A DNA stretch of 64,000 nt from an uncultured Candidatus Saccharibacteria bacterium. GTDB taxonomy: Bacteria; Patescibacteriota; Minisyncoccia; Phycocordibacterales; JACOZG01. The stretch lies in the NCBI GenBank assembly GCA_965230925.1, contig OZ246403.1:530230-594229 (forward strand). The letters run 5' to 3'. This document shows positions 1-9,814 of this stretch, piece after piece. The notes beneath the pieces were generated by a model. It was given only the letters and a program-made list of their open reading frames with translations, did no database searches and was not told where the DNA came from. Position 1 is the first letter of the stretch. Each line of letters begins with the position of its first letter. The position numbers were made by a program, and so were the translations under genes.

Positions 1-1179
1 TCGGAGTTCGTGGAGATGTTTGTGGGCGTGGGAGCTTCGCGCGTGCGCGACCTTTTCAAGATGGCCAAGAAGACCGCCCCGGCGATTATTTTCATTGACG
101 AAATTGATGCGATCGGTCGCCATCGCGGTGGTGGTATGGGTGGCGGCAATGACGAGCGCGAGCAGACTTTAAACCAAATTCTCGTTGAGATGGACGGCTT
201 CGAGCCCAATGAGAAATTAATTGTGATGGCAGCGACCAACAGACCCGATGTGCTCGATGTCGCCTTGCTCCGTCCCGGCCGCTTCGATCGCCGCGTGGTG
301 CTGGATAAGCCAGATCTTAAGGATCGCGAAGAAATTCTCGGGATTTATGCGCGCAAGAAGCCGCTCCATGAAGATGTGAACTTGCGCGTCATTGCTCAGC
401 GCACACCTGGTTTCTCTGGTGCCGACCTTGCCAACGTGATGAACGAAGGCGCGATCTTGGCCGCGCGCGAGAATCGTAAACAGATTACGCAATATGATCT
501 CATTCGCTCGGTGGAGAAGGTGATTCTTGGGCCAGAGCGGAAGAGTCATATCTTGTCGGAGCGAGAGAAGAAAATTACGGCTTATCATGAGATGGGCCAC
601 GCCCTGATTGGCTCGGTCTTGCCGCACTCGGATCCGGTGCATAAAGTCTCGATTATTTCTCGCGGTCACGCGGCGGGCTACACGCTCAAGCTGCCGTTTG
701 AAGATCGCAAACTCGAGTCGAAGAAAGAATTCCTCGATGAAATTGCGGCGCTTCTCGGTGGTTACGCGGCGGAACAAATGGTCTTTGGCGATATTACTAC
801 CGGGGCCTCCAATGACTTGGCGGTCGCGACGTACACGGCGCGGAATATGGTGACCAAGTATGGCATGAGCGAGAAGCTTGGTCCGGTGGCCTTCGACACC
901 GGTGGCGAGCGCCATCTCATCAGCACCGGGCAATTGGTGGAGAAAGCGTCATCGGAGGCGGTGTCAGCGCTTATTGATCAAGAAATTTCTAAAATTCTTA
1001 ATGAAGGTCTGGCTCGTGCCAATCAGGTGCTCACCGAGAAGCGCGCCGTCCTCGACGCGATGTCGGAAGAATTAATCAAAGTTGAAACCCTCGACCACGA
1101 AGATTTCGACAAACTTCTCATTTTGAACGGGATTAAGCCGAAGAAGGAGGAAGAGAAAGAAACAGAAGCAGTTGCTTAA
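1..1179 (+). CDS. ftsH: ATP-dependent zinc metalloprotease FtsH, C-terminal part (5' end lies outside the window)
   Basis: The frame is open to the window edge. AAA+ second region of homology and arginine finger are present ([12 protein letters not shown]). The M41 peptidase HEMGHA zinc motif is present (HEMGHAL). Confidence 0.9.
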   Translation, partial: SEFVEMFVGVGASRVRDLFKMAKKTAPAIIFIDEIDAIGRHRGGGMGGGNDEREQTLNQILVEMDGFEPNEKLIVMAATNRPDVLDVALLRPGRFDRRVVLDKPDLKDREEILGIYARKKPLHEDVNLRVIAQRTPGFSGADLANVMNEGAILAARENRKQITQYDLIRSVEKVILGPERKSHILSEREKKITAYHEMGHALIGSVLPHSDPVHKVSIISRGHAAGYTLKLPFEDRKLESKKEFLDEIAALLGGYAAEQMVFGDITTGASNDLAVATYTARNMVTKYGMSEKLGPVAFDTGGERHLISTGQLVEKASSEAVSALIDQEISKILNEGLARANQVLTEKRAVLDAMSEELIKVETLDHEDFDKLLILNGIKPKKEEEKETEAVA

Positions 1180-1194
1180 TATATAAAAACAAAA

Positions 1195-1226
1195 TTCCCA
1201 CCAGAGGCCGCGAGGCGTGGTGGGAA
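1195..1226 (-). terminator. GC-rich hairpin (ttcccaccag...ctggtgggaa) between convergent ftsH and peroxiredoxin genes
   Basis: Perfect stem cccacc/ggtggg with extended pairing. On the minus strand it is followed by a T-run (rc of atataaaaacaaaa). Likely terminates the minus-strand gene and possibly ftsH. Confidence 0.5.
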
Positions 1227-1250
1227 CGAAGATTGCTTTGCTGTTGTCCT

Positions 1251-1760
1251 TCACGAATCGTAAATCTCGATAGCTTGTTCGAGGACGGCATGGGGATTGG
1301 CAGCCGCATCAGTAATATTGTCGACAACGTCGATGATTGTGCCATCGAGTATGAGAAGAGTGACCCGCCGGTAGTAAAACCTTCCCTCACAATCGAAGAC
1401 TTCGAGCCCAAGGATTTGTCGGAGCAGGAGGTCCTTGTCTGACAAAAAGTGATACCGGATGGTTCTACTGACCTGGAATCTCTCCAGGGTGGTGAGGTCT
1501 CTCGAACTCACGCCGAAAAGTTGGATTCCTTTTCGACGAAAGTCCTCAGCGAGATCGCTGAAACAAAGGCATTCTCCCACACACCCCACAGCACCGGGTA
1601 TGTCATACCATCCTTGAGGAACCGTATCTCCCGGAGGTATGGCGCCAGGATGAACCTGAAGAATCATTCTTCCGGGAATTTGTTCAATCGGAACTCTAGT
1701 TCCGTCGGTACAGACAAACGACACTCTCGGTAAAACCCGACCAATTAGTGCGTGCGGCAT
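1251..1760 (-). CDS. peroxiredoxin (Bcp/PrxQ-like, AhpC/TSA family)
   Basis: Thioredoxin-fold pattern: PGAVGCVGECLCFSD resembles TPGCTxEACxFRD, and FGVSSRDLTTLERF...HFLSDKD...GRFYYRRVTLLILDGTI matches the Bcp VLGVS.D....F....L.FPLLSD...RaTFvID pattern. Assignment from motif recall only. Confidence 0.6.
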   Translation of the reverse strand: MPHALIGRVLPRVSFVCTDGTRVPIEQIPGRMILQVHPGAIPPGDTVPQGWYDIPGAVGCVGECLCFSDLAEDFRRKGIQLFGVSSRDLTTLERFQVSRTIRYHFLSDKDLLLRQILGLEVFDCEGRFYYRRVTLLILDGTIIDVVDNITDAAANPHAVLEQAIEIYDS

Positions 1761-1875
1761 GAGTAGCCCCTCTCAATGTTCTATATTACCCCGCGATGCT
1801 CTCGCGGTGTGAGGCCACAAGCAATGCCCGTGACATTTCTAAACTAGATCACATAAAGTTTTTTGTCAAATTACT

Positions 1876-1904
1876 TTGAAAACAGTAGCTTTTTTATCTA
1901 AATC
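1876..1904 (+). promoter_or_regulatory. candidate sigma70-like promoter upstream of first SBP gene (TTGAAA-17-TAAATC)
   Basis: Hexamers ttgaaa (1876-1881) and taaatc (1899-1904) with a 17-nt spacer, about 40 nt upstream of the ATG at 1943. Weak match, by eye only. Confidence 0.2.
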
Positions 1905-1942
1905 GGCTATGATTGGGCCATTATTAGGCTAAAGCCAAAGGG

Positions 1943-3067
1943 ATGAAAAAAATTATTTGGATTATCGTTATTGTTGTCATCGTCGGACTTCTCGTTTGGT
2001 CCCGGCGGGGGGGCGAAACAGATAAGCCGGCAAATAGTATTGAACCGGTTAAGCTCGGGGTAATTATTTCTCAAACTGGGGTGGCCTCAGCTTTTGGTGA
2101 GATGTCGAAGTTTGGGATTGAAATGGCGGTAAAGGAGATTAATGAGGCGAGCGGAATGGCTACTCCGATGGTAGAAGTGGTCTATGAAGATGATCGGACG
2201 GATCCAAAAGCTGCTACCGGTCTCTACCAGAAACTAACGAGCATCGATAAGGTTGATGCGATTATTGGCAGCAACTTCGATTTCGTAACGCAACCCATTT
2301 TCGCTTTGGCTGAAACCACGGGTACGGTGGTGATCTCTCCTTCCTCCCCACGAATTCCTGGTGCCTTCGAGACCAATGCTAATAGTTTCGTGATGATGAG
2401 TGACTTCTCAAAAATTATTTCTGAACTCAAGCCGTATCTCACCGGCAAGTCATATAAGCAACTTGGTATTATTCACTTCGCTTCTGCCTTCGGTGCCGAG
2501 ATCACCAAGACGCTCAAAGAAATTAATGGGGGTTTGAACAAGCCAGAAGTGGTAGAAGAAACATACAATCAGATTGGAGGTAACGATTTCCGCACGGCAA
2601 TTCTGAAGCTTAAGACCGCTGGTGTGGATGTTTTGTTCCTCGATATGGCTGGTCCTGATCCCCTCACCTTTGTTCGTCAGGCCAAGCAACTTGGTTATGC
2701 GCCAACTTTGATTGCCGACACGGCAGTTAAGGATTCCCTCGCTGCCGCGGGGGCCGATCAATCGCTCTTTAATGGAGTGGTAGTGCTCAATTGGGATGTG
2801 ACGACAGATACCTTCGCCGCCAAGTTCCGTGCCCTCCACGGTCGCGACCCGGGTAACTCGGTGAATCGCGCTTATGACGCGGTGTATATTCTCGTTAATG
2901 CCGTATTGGCGACCGAGACTTCTCAAGAAATCCCTGCCTTCCTAGAGAAAACTCAATTTAATACGCCCAATGGCGACTTCCGCTTTAGCCCTGAGCACGC
3001 GGCGCTCAATACGCCTGTGGCAATCGAAGTTATTCAAGACGGTAAGTTTACGCCATTAGCAAATTAA
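1943..3067 (+). CDS. ABC transporter substrate-binding protein, Leu/Ile/Val-binding (LivJ/LivK, Peripla_BP_6) family, paralog 1, N-terminal TM anchor
   Basis: N-terminus MKKIIWIIVIVVIVGLLVW (hydrophobic anchor, no lipobox). It is followed by the PBP type-I signature KLGVIISQTGVASAFGE. Length 374 aa. Confidence 0.85.
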   Translation: MKKIIWIIVIVVIVGLLVWSRRGGETDKPANSIEPVKLGVIISQTGVASAFGEMSKFGIEMAVKEINEASGMATPMVEVVYEDDRTDPKAATGLYQKLTSIDKVDAIIGSNFDFVTQPIFALAETTGTVVISPSSPRIPGAFETNANSFVMMSDFSKIISELKPYLTGKSYKQLGIIHFASAFGAEITKTLKEINGGLNKPEVVEETYNQIGGNDFRTAILKLKTAGVDVLFLDMAGPDPLTFVRQAKQLGYAPTLIADTAVKDSLAAAGADQSLFNGVVVLNWDVTTDTFAAKFRALHGRDPGNSVNRAYDAVYILVNAVLATETSQEIPAFLEKTQFNTPNGDFRFSPEHAALNTPVAIEVIQDGKFTPLAN

Positions 3068-3071
3068 TAAT

Positions 3072-4181
3072 ATGAAAAAAATTATTTGGGTTATTGTTAT
3101 CGTTGTCATCATCGGGCTTTTTGTTTGGTCTGGAAGGAAGAAGGAGGGAACGACGCCAACGGGAACTGCTGAACCCTTGAAGATTGGCGCCATCTTGCCG
3201 CTCACTGGTCCGATTGCGAATGGGGGTGAGTTTGCGCGCCATGGCGCTGAACTCGCGCTTGAAGACGTGAATAAAGATGGAGAAAAAGTCCAGGTATTTT
3301 TTGAAGATTATCAATACGACGCGAAGCAGGCGGTGGGGACCTACAACAAGTTGCGTGACACTGACGGGGTGAATGCTATTTTCGCCTTTGGTACGCCAGC
3401 GGGAATGCCGCTTTCTCCGGTGGCCAATCAGGCAAAGGTTCCGCTCCTCACCATTCTCGCCGGCACGAGTTACTCTACGCCAAACGATTATACGTACCGA
3501 GTAGTGGGAAGTGGTAAGACGGATGCGAAAGCCGCGGTGGATGTTCTCGTAGATAAATTAGGGAAAAAGAAAATTGCCGTGGTGTCTCTCAACAATGACT
3601 ACGGTTCAGGCACCTTAGAAGAATTTAAGAAGCTTATTGTGGGGAAGGCTGAAGTGGTTGCGGCCGAGAGTGCGGCACCTGGCGTGACCGATTACCGCAC
3701 CCAATTAACTAAGGTGAAGGCGGCGAATCCTGATGCGATCTTCTTACCCACGCTTTATAAAGAAGGTGGGACAATTATCAAACAAGCGAAGGAAATGGGG
3801 ATTAACGCCACCTTCATGTGTGGTCAGCCCTGCGAGAATCCAGAATTTCTCGCTGCGGCAGGAGCGGCGGCGGAAGGGGCTTTTGTTATGACGCCGACGA
3901 ATCAAGATACGTATGGCTTCGGTACCCGCTACCAGGAGCGATATGGTATACCACCGAGCTATATTGCCTTGCGGAGTTACGATGCGATTAAGATGTTGGC
4001 CGCGGCGGCCGAAGGGTGCCGGGAGGGAAATTACGCGGGCGAGTGTTTGAAAATGAAGCTAGATAGCTTACGTAATTTCCCTGGCCTTTCATTCCCCATT
4101 ACCTTTGACGAGAATGGTGACATTACCGACATGTTCTCGATTAAGGTTGTTCGCGATGGAAAGTTCGTTCCTTATGAATAA
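3072..4181 (+). CDS. ABC transporter substrate-binding protein, LivJ/LivK family, paralog 2
   Basis: MKKIIWVIVIVVIIGLFVW anchor and LKIGAILPLTGPIANGGE motif. 4-nt spacing to previous gene. Confidence 0.85.
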   Translation: MKKIIWVIVIVVIIGLFVWSGRKKEGTTPTGTAEPLKIGAILPLTGPIANGGEFARHGAELALEDVNKDGEKVQVFFEDYQYDAKQAVGTYNKLRDTDGVNAIFAFGTPAGMPLSPVANQAKVPLLTILAGTSYSTPNDYTYRVVGSGKTDAKAAVDVLVDKLGKKKIAVVSLNNDYGSGTLEEFKKLIVGKAEVVAAESAAPGVTDYRTQLTKVKAANPDAIFLPTLYKEGGTIIKQAKEMGINATFMCGQPCENPEFLAAAGAAAEGAFVMTPTNQDTYGFGTRYQERYGIPPSYIALRSYDAIKMLAAAAEGCREGNYAGECLKMKLDSLRNFPGLSFPITFDENGDITDMFSIKVVRDGKFVPYE

Positions 4182-4206
4182 ATTAAAAGTTAATTATAAT
4201 TAAAAT

Positions 4207-5349
4207 ATGAAAAAGATAATTTGGATCATCGTTATTGTGGTAGTGATTGGTTTGCTTGTCTGGGCTGGGAAGGGAACCGATACCACCATGCCCCCGACTG
4301 GTTCCACCGAGCCGATTAAGATTGGCCTCGTTACACCGCTCACCGGTGATGCGGCTGCTTTGGGAGAGTTTATGAAAAATGTTACTGATCTCGCGGTAGC
4401 AGAAATAAATGAAGCTGGTGGGGTGAATGGTCAGATGATGGAAATTATCTACGAAGACGGTAAGTGTTCAGGAGCGCCGTCGGTAAGTGCTACCCAGAAA
4501 CTGCTCTCTAGCGATCAGGTAAAAATTATTATGGGTGCTGAGTGTAGTGGAGGAGTGTTGGCTATGTTGCCGGTGACTGATCAGGCAGGAGTTTTCGTTT
4601 TCTCGAGCAGTGCCACGAGCCCAGACTTGTCTGACAAGAGCCCGCTCTTTGCGAGAACTATCCCAAGCGATGCGAGCCAGGGACGAGTTTTGGCCGAGGC
4701 GGCTATTACCCGAGGGTGGAAGAAGGTTTTTGTGATTCAAGAATCTTCAGATTATGCTCTTGGTATCTTCCGAGCTTTTGAATCAAATTATCCCGCTACT
4801 GCCGGTACGATTACGAAAGAAGAATATCCAGCTAATACGACAGATTTCCGCTCCATTCTTGCTAAGGCTAAGACTGCTCAGCCAGATGCTATGCTCTTTA
4901 TCCCCCAATCGCCAGGAACGGCAGAGCGCCTGATTAAAAACTTCAGTGACCTGAAGTGGAACGTGCCGGTAATGGCCGACGACGTTATTGGTGGTAACCC
5001 TCCGCTCTTGTCTAACTTTAAGGATTCAGTAGAAGGAATGTTGGTAGCAGAGCAAGCCCTCGACCAGACGAATACCAAGTTTCAAACTTTAGACAGTAAT
5101 TACAAGACAAAATACAACAAAGAATTGGTTTACAAGACCTACGGTCAAGCTCAATACGATTTGGTCTACTTGGTTAAAGAGGGTCTCATGAAGTTCGGGA
5201 ATGATCCGATGAAGATTGCCGCTTGGGTGAGAACGGTGGCTGATTGGGAAGGTGCTTCGGGTAAAGTCACGATCGGCATGAATGGCGACCGGATTGGTGG
5301 CCATGTGGTAAGAGTGGTTGCTGGCGGTGTGGTGACAGACGTGAAATAA
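4207..5349 (+). CDS. ABC transporter substrate-binding protein, LivJ/LivK family, paralog 3
   Basis: MKKIIWIIVIVVVIGLLVW anchor and IKIGLVTPLTGDAAALGE motif. Confidence 0.85.
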   Translation: MKKIIWIIVIVVVIGLLVWAGKGTDTTMPPTGSTEPIKIGLVTPLTGDAAALGEFMKNVTDLAVAEINEAGGVNGQMMEIIYEDGKCSGAPSVSATQKLLSSDQVKIIMGAECSGGVLAMLPVTDQAGVFVFSSSATSPDLSDKSPLFARTIPSDASQGRVLAEAAITRGWKKVFVIQESSDYALGIFRAFESNYPATAGTITKEEYPANTTDFRSILAKAKTAQPDAMLFIPQSPGTAERLIKNFSDLKWNVPVMADDVIGGNPPLLSNFKDSVEGMLVAEQALDQTNTKFQTLDSNYKTKYNKELVYKTYGQAQYDLVYLVKEGLMKFGNDPMKIAAWVRTVADWEGASGKVTIGMNGDRIGGHVVRVVAGGVVTDVK

Positions 5350-6216
5350 GTGGACATCCTTCCTCAACTTATACTCAATAGTTTGATTGCGGGGGCGATC
5401 TATAGTTTGGTCGCGCTCGGATTCAACCTCATCTATAGTACGGTCAAATTTTTCGACCTCGGTTACGGCGCGCTCACGGCGGTGGGCGGGTATGCTACGT
5501 TCTTTCTCTTCAAGATGAACGGCTTTAATCTTTATCTCGCGGTCATCGCGGGGATGATTGTCGCTGGCTTCATCAGCTTCCTCGCCGATCGCTTGGTGTA
5601 TCGGCAGTTGCGCGCCCGCAAGGCTTCCGGCATGGTCTTCCTCGTCGCGGCGCTTGGGATTTTCACTTTGCTCCAAGCGCTCATTGCGATTTTCTTCACC
5701 AGCCAATTCCAGACGCTCTTCCCGGCGAGCGCGAGTTCTCAGGTCTACGACATTGGTGGTGCCGTGATTACCCACGTGCAACTGGTGATTCTCATCACCG
5801 GTCTCGTGCTCATGACCTTGCTCGGAATTCTCTTAAAGAAAACTTTGTTTGGTAAAGCGATTAAAGCGGTGGCTGATGATGAAGAGGTGGCGAAGATTGT
5901 GGGCATTAATACCAATACGATTATCAGCGCCGTGTTCTTCATCGGCGGCGCGATTGGTGGCCTCGCGGGGATTCTCGTTGGCTTCGATACCGGGATTGAG
6001 CCGACCATGGGCCTCTCGCTTCTCCTCAAGGGTGTGATTGCCTCGATTATCGGCGGGATCGGCAATATTTACGGCGGTGTCCTCGGGGCTTTCCTCCTCG
6101 GTGTGGTCGAGAACTTCGGTATCTGGAAAATTTCTGGCGAGTGGAAAGATGCGATCGCCTTCGCCCTGCTCATCGTGTTTTTGCTTTTTAGACCTAGTGG
6201 TTTATTGAGACGATGA
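5350..6216 (+). CDS. livH: branched-chain amino acid ABC transporter permease (LivH-like)
   Basis: GTG start directly after the SBP3 stop. The product is polytopic and ends ...LLFRPSGLL, typical of LivH/LivM permeases. Confidence 0.8.
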   Translation: MDILPQLILNSLIAGAIYSLVALGFNLIYSTVKFFDLGYGALTAVGGYATFFLFKMNGFNLYLAVIAGMIVAGFISFLADRLVYRQLRARKASGMVFLVAALGIFTLLQALIAIFFTSQFQTLFPASASSQVYDIGGAVITHVQLVILITGLVLMTLLGILLKKTLFGKAIKAVADDEEVAKIVGINTNTIISAVFFIGGAIGGLAGILVGFDTGIEPTMGLSLLLKGVIASIIGGIGNIYGGVLGAFLLGVVENFGIWKISGEWKDAIAFALLIVFLLFRPSGLLRR

Positions 6217-6261
6217 GCAGGGCGAGAAATCCGAAGCCCGAATATCGAAACTCGAAACAAT

Positions 6262-6630
6262 ATGCCAAGCACCGAAAATCAAAATTCAAAACGGTATGAC
6301 CTTGAAGAACGGACAAAGGCTTTCGCCAGACGCGTGAGGGACTTCGTGAAAGGTTTGCCGAGAACTACAGCCGTGTTTGAAGACAGTAAACAGGTGGTGC
6401 GGTCCTCGGGCTCGGTTGGGGCGAATTATATTGAGGCTAATGAGGCATTAAGTAAAAAAGATTTTCTAATGCGGATTAAAATTTGTCGTAAGGAAGCGAA
6501 AGAAACCGCTTTCTGGTTAGACTTACTAGAAGCGGGCGACAAGCTTGGTGACAGTGAGCGACGCAATTTGATCCAGGAAGCCAAAGAGCTTATGATGATC
6601 TTTGGGGCGATTTTAAAGAAGAGCGAATGA
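6262..6630 (+). CDS. four-helix-bundle protein (23S rRNA intervening-sequence protein / Avd-like family, TIGR02436)
   Basis: 122 aa with the family motifs SVGANYIEANEALSKKDFLMRIKICRKEAKETAFWL (compare GANIAEG...SKKDFI.F..IA.GS..E..T.L). Inserted between livH and livM and flanked by complementary repeats. Confidence 0.7.
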   Translation: MPSTENQNSKRYDLEERTKAFARRVRDFVKGLPRTTAVFEDSKQVVRSSGSVGANYIEANEALSKKDFLMRIKICRKEAKETAFWLDLLEAGDKLGDSERRNLIQEAKELMMIFGAILKKSE

Positions 6631-6703
6631 TGTTTATGATTTCCTTGTTTATAAATTTGAATTTGTTTCGGATTTCGAAATTCGAATTTCGTGCTTTTAA
6701 CTT

Positions 6704-7570
6704 ATGGAATACTTAATTCACCTCGCAATTCTTGTTGGCATCTACTCGATTCTCGGGATTAGTCTCAACTTGGTGGTTGGATTCACTGGCTTATTGAGCA
6801 TCACCCAAGCGGCCTTCTATGGTCTCGGTGCCTACGCCACGGCGATCTTGCTCACGAGCTTCGGGCTTAACTTCTTTCTTGCCACCATCATCGGCATTGC
6901 GCTCACCGCAGTCATAAGCCTTTTGGTTGGTCTTGTTTTGAGTCGCTTCCGCGGCGATTACTATGCGCTCGGTTCCTTCGGTTTCAACATTATTCTCTAC
7001 AGCATCTTTCTCAATTGGCAGTCGCTGACCCGCGGCCCGCTTGGCATCCCAGGCATCGGCCGGCCGAGTTTGTTTGGTTTCTCTTTTTCTTCCAATCTGT
7101 CTTTTCTCATTTTAACTTTCATCTTTGCTCTTTTGACTTTCCTTTTCTCCCGGTGGCTCACCACGTCTTCCTTCGGCCGCGTCCTCAAAGCCATTCGCGA
7201 AGATGAACCGGCGCTTCAAGTCTTTGGCTATCGTACCATTTACTTCAAGCTCGCGATTTTTGTAATTTCTTCCGGCGTGGCGGCGCTTGCGGGATCACTC
7301 TTCGCTTCCTACATTACCTTCATCGACCCGTCGAGCTTCGTTCTCTTCGAATCCATTTTTATCCTCGCCATTATAATCTTGGGTGGCCTCGCCAACCTCA
7401 AGGGCTCCGTCTTGGGCGCACTTTTTCTCATCCTCTTGCCTGAGGCCTTGCGCTTCGTCGGCTTCCCCTCCGACATCGCCGCCCAGATGCGCCAAGTGGT
7501 GTACGGCTTGATTCTCGTTCTCCTCATGCTCTACCGCCCGCAGGGATTGGTTGGAGAATATAAATTGTGA
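6704..7570 (+). CDS. livM: branched-chain amino acid ABC transporter permease (LivM-like)
   Basis: Polytopic membrane protein ending ...LYRPQGLVGEY. Followed by SBP genes and then the LivG-like ATPase. Confidence 0.8.
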   Translation: MEYLIHLAILVGIYSILGISLNLVVGFTGLLSITQAAFYGLGAYATAILLTSFGLNFFLATIIGIALTAVISLLVGLVLSRFRGDYYALGSFGFNIILYSIFLNWQSLTRGPLGIPGIGRPSLFGFSFSSNLSFLILTFIFALLTFLFSRWLTTSSFGRVLKAIREDEPALQVFGYRTIYFKLAIFVISSGVAALAGSLFASYITFIDPSSFVLFESIFILAIIILGGLANLKGSVLGALFLILLPEALRFVGFPSDIAAQMRQVVYGLILVLLMLYRPQGLVGEYKL

Positions 7571-7582
7571 TAAGGTAAAAAT

Positions 7583-8707
7583 ATGAAGAAACTCGTTTGG
7601 CTTATCGTTATCGTAGTAGTAATTGGTCTCATTGCTTGGGCGAGTACCAAATCCGAACCATCGATTACGGGCGAGACAATTAAGATCGGAGCCGTGTTGC
7701 CGATGACCGGAGCTGGGGCGGCGTATGGCGAGGATCAGAAGAGGGCAATTTCTTTGGCTGTAGAGGAGATCAATGCTGCTGACGGAATTGGTGGCCGGTT
7801 ACTTGAGGTAATTTACGAAGATGACCAAACTGATCCGAAGTTCTCGGTGTCAGCGGCACAAAAGTTGATTAATGTTGATGGGGTCAAAGTAATCATTGGT
7901 GGTGTCTGGGATCATTTGGCAAATGCTATTGCCCCAGTTATTGATCAAGAGAAAATTGTTTTGATCAGTCCATCAGTAAATGCGGACACGGTTGGTATCT
8001 CAAGCCCGTACTTTTTCATGACCTATCCGCCAGTGGCGAGTACTCGTCCGGCATTCGAAAAATTTTTAGCAAAATTTCCAAATGCCAAGGTGGTGACTAT
8101 GACTTGGAACAATAACTGGGGTCTCGGTAATGCGAAAGTTTTTAAAGAAGCGGTGGCGAAAACGGGTGGGCAGGTGGTGAAGGAAATCGTTTTGACGAAG
8201 CCAGATGGGAATGATATCCAACGCGAACTTACCTTACTCGCTCCACTGAATCCGGACATTATCTTCACGGTAATGAATTTCAGCGACACGGCTGTGTTTG
8301 CCCGAAAGAAGAGCGAATTGGGAATCAAGGCCACAGCCCTCAATCACTATAATCTAGCAACGGCATATCTCAACGGCCAAATTCCTAATGAATTTATGGA
8401 AGGGTTGTATGTATTTAAAAATTCTCCCTCGAGCACTGAGTTTGTCGAGAAATATAAGAACCGCTATCAGATGGAACTCCAAATTCCTGATGCCGACTCG
8501 GCCTACGACGCTGTTCAAGTAATTAAACTTGCGCTCGAGAATAATGAGGGTGATTACAGCGCCGAAACCTTAATGTCAGGAATTCATGCGATTAAGAATT
8601 ATCAAGGCGCTTCAGGTTTGATCGACTTCAGCCAAACCAATTACACCGAGAACAAAAAACCAGTGCTTGAATTATTCCAAGGTGGTAAATTTGTGGAAAT
8701 AAAATGA
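7583..8707 (+). CDS. ABC transporter substrate-binding protein, LivJ/LivK family, paralog 4
   Basis: MKKLVWLIVIVVVIGLIAW anchor and IKIGAVLPMTGAGAAYGE motif. Confidence 0.85.
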   Translation: MKKLVWLIVIVVVIGLIAWASTKSEPSITGETIKIGAVLPMTGAGAAYGEDQKRAISLAVEEINAADGIGGRLLEVIYEDDQTDPKFSVSAAQKLINVDGVKVIIGGVWDHLANAIAPVIDQEKIVLISPSVNADTVGISSPYFFMTYPPVASTRPAFEKFLAKFPNAKVVTMTWNNNWGLGNAKVFKEAVAKTGGQVVKEIVLTKPDGNDIQRELTLLAPLNPDIIFTVMNFSDTAVFARKKSELGIKATALNHYNLATAYLNGQIPNEFMEGLYVFKNSPSSTEFVEKYKNRYQMELQIPDADSAYDAVQVIKLALENNEGDYSAETLMSGIHAIKNYQGASGLIDFSQTNYTENKKPVLELFQGGKFVEIK

Positions 8708-9801
8708 AGAAATTTATCTGGATCATCGTCATTCTCGTTGTGCTCGTTTTACTTTTCTTAACCAATGTAAAACCTCAATCACCGACTTCTGATGGGCCAA
8801 TTAAAATCGGAGCAATTCTCCCTTTGTCGGGAGATTTTGGATCAATTGGGGAGGAGATTAGACGAGGAGCGGAACTGGCGGTTGAGGAACTTGGTAAACA
8901 GGGGAAAGAAATTATTTTAATCAGCGAAGATGACCAGTTTTTGCCAGTGAGAGCAGCTTCGGCAGCCAACAAATTAGCGGTGATTGATAAAGTGGACGCA
9001 GTGTTTACCGCCGTTGGCGAAGAGGCGCGGCCAGTTACCAAAATATTTAATGACAACAAAGTTCCTCTGCTGGTGGCCTTTGATAGTAATGAAGAACTGA
9101 AAAAGTCTGGTGACTACATTTTTAGTATCGGTTTCGGGACAGAAGCAAATGGAGAAAAGTTGGCTACCTATACTTATAACACGTTGGGTCTAAAGAAGAT
9201 CGCTGTTTTGAGTCATGTGGATAATGTGGCAGATATTTTATCCGAGGCGTTCAAAAACAAATTCACTCAACTGGGAGGGACAATCAGTTCTCACGATCGT
9301 ATTCAGACCACCGAAGACAATTTCCGTACCTATATTGTGAAGGTGAAAGCAGATCAACCCGATGGAGTGTATTTTGTGTTCCTTCCTCCCAGTAATGAAA
9401 TATTTCTGAAACAAACCGGTCAGCTTGGGCTAAAGACCACCCTCTTGGGCAGTGATGCCATCCAAAAGTTTGAGATTGAGAATGCTGGTCCAGCGGCAGA
9501 AGGCCTTATCTTTACAGGCTTTTATGTTGAGGATGAGGAAGGAATTACTCAGTTATACAAGAACAAGTTTGGTAAAGAGCCAGACAATCCGGCCTTTGTG
9601 GCTTCCGGCTACGATTCAATTATTACTCTGGCCGCTGGGAAAACTATTGCCAATGAAGAAAAGATTACGTTGCGAGAGGCGTTGATGCGCGTTAGCACCA
9701 ATGAGACCACCTTCCCAGTAAACATGAACGGCACCCAATTTTCTGAAAGGCTAGAAAAGATTTATAAAGTTACTAACGGCGAATCCCAAGTGATCGAATA
9801 G
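8704..9801 (+). CDS. ABC transporter substrate-binding protein, LivJ/LivK family, paralog 5
   Basis: ATGA overlap with previous gene. MKKFIWIIVILVVLVLLF anchor and IKIGAILPLSGDFGSIGE motif. Confidence 0.85.
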   Translation: MKKFIWIIVILVVLVLLFLTNVKPQSPTSDGPIKIGAILPLSGDFGSIGEEIRRGAELAVEELGKQGKEIILISEDDQFLPVRAASAANKLAVIDKVDAVFTAVGEEARPVTKIFNDNKVPLLVAFDSNEELKKSGDYIFSIGFGTEANGEKLATYTYNTLGLKKIAVLSHVDNVADILSEAFKNKFTQLGGTISSHDRIQTTEDNFRTYIVKVKADQPDGVYFVFLPPSNEIFLKQTGQLGLKTTLLGSDAIQKFEIENAGPAAEGLIFTGFYVEDEEGITQLYKNKFGKEPDNPAFVASGYDSIITLAAGKTIANEEKITLREALMRVSTNETTFPVNMNGTQFSERLEKIYKVTNGESQVIE

Positions 9802-9814
9802 AGTTATAAAAAGT

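Noticed and set aside
217-933. 238-aa minus-strand ORF inside ftsH
   Set aside because: It is antisense to a strongly supported FtsH coding region. Its composition is Arg-rich, as is typical of shadow ORFs, and it has no motifs.
6262-6630. Possible diversity-generating retroelement (because the four-helix-bundle protein is Avd-like)
   Set aside because: No reverse transcriptase ORF was found in the window. No template/variable repeat pair, A-rich or otherwise, was seen around the gene. It is interpreted as an IVS-type element.
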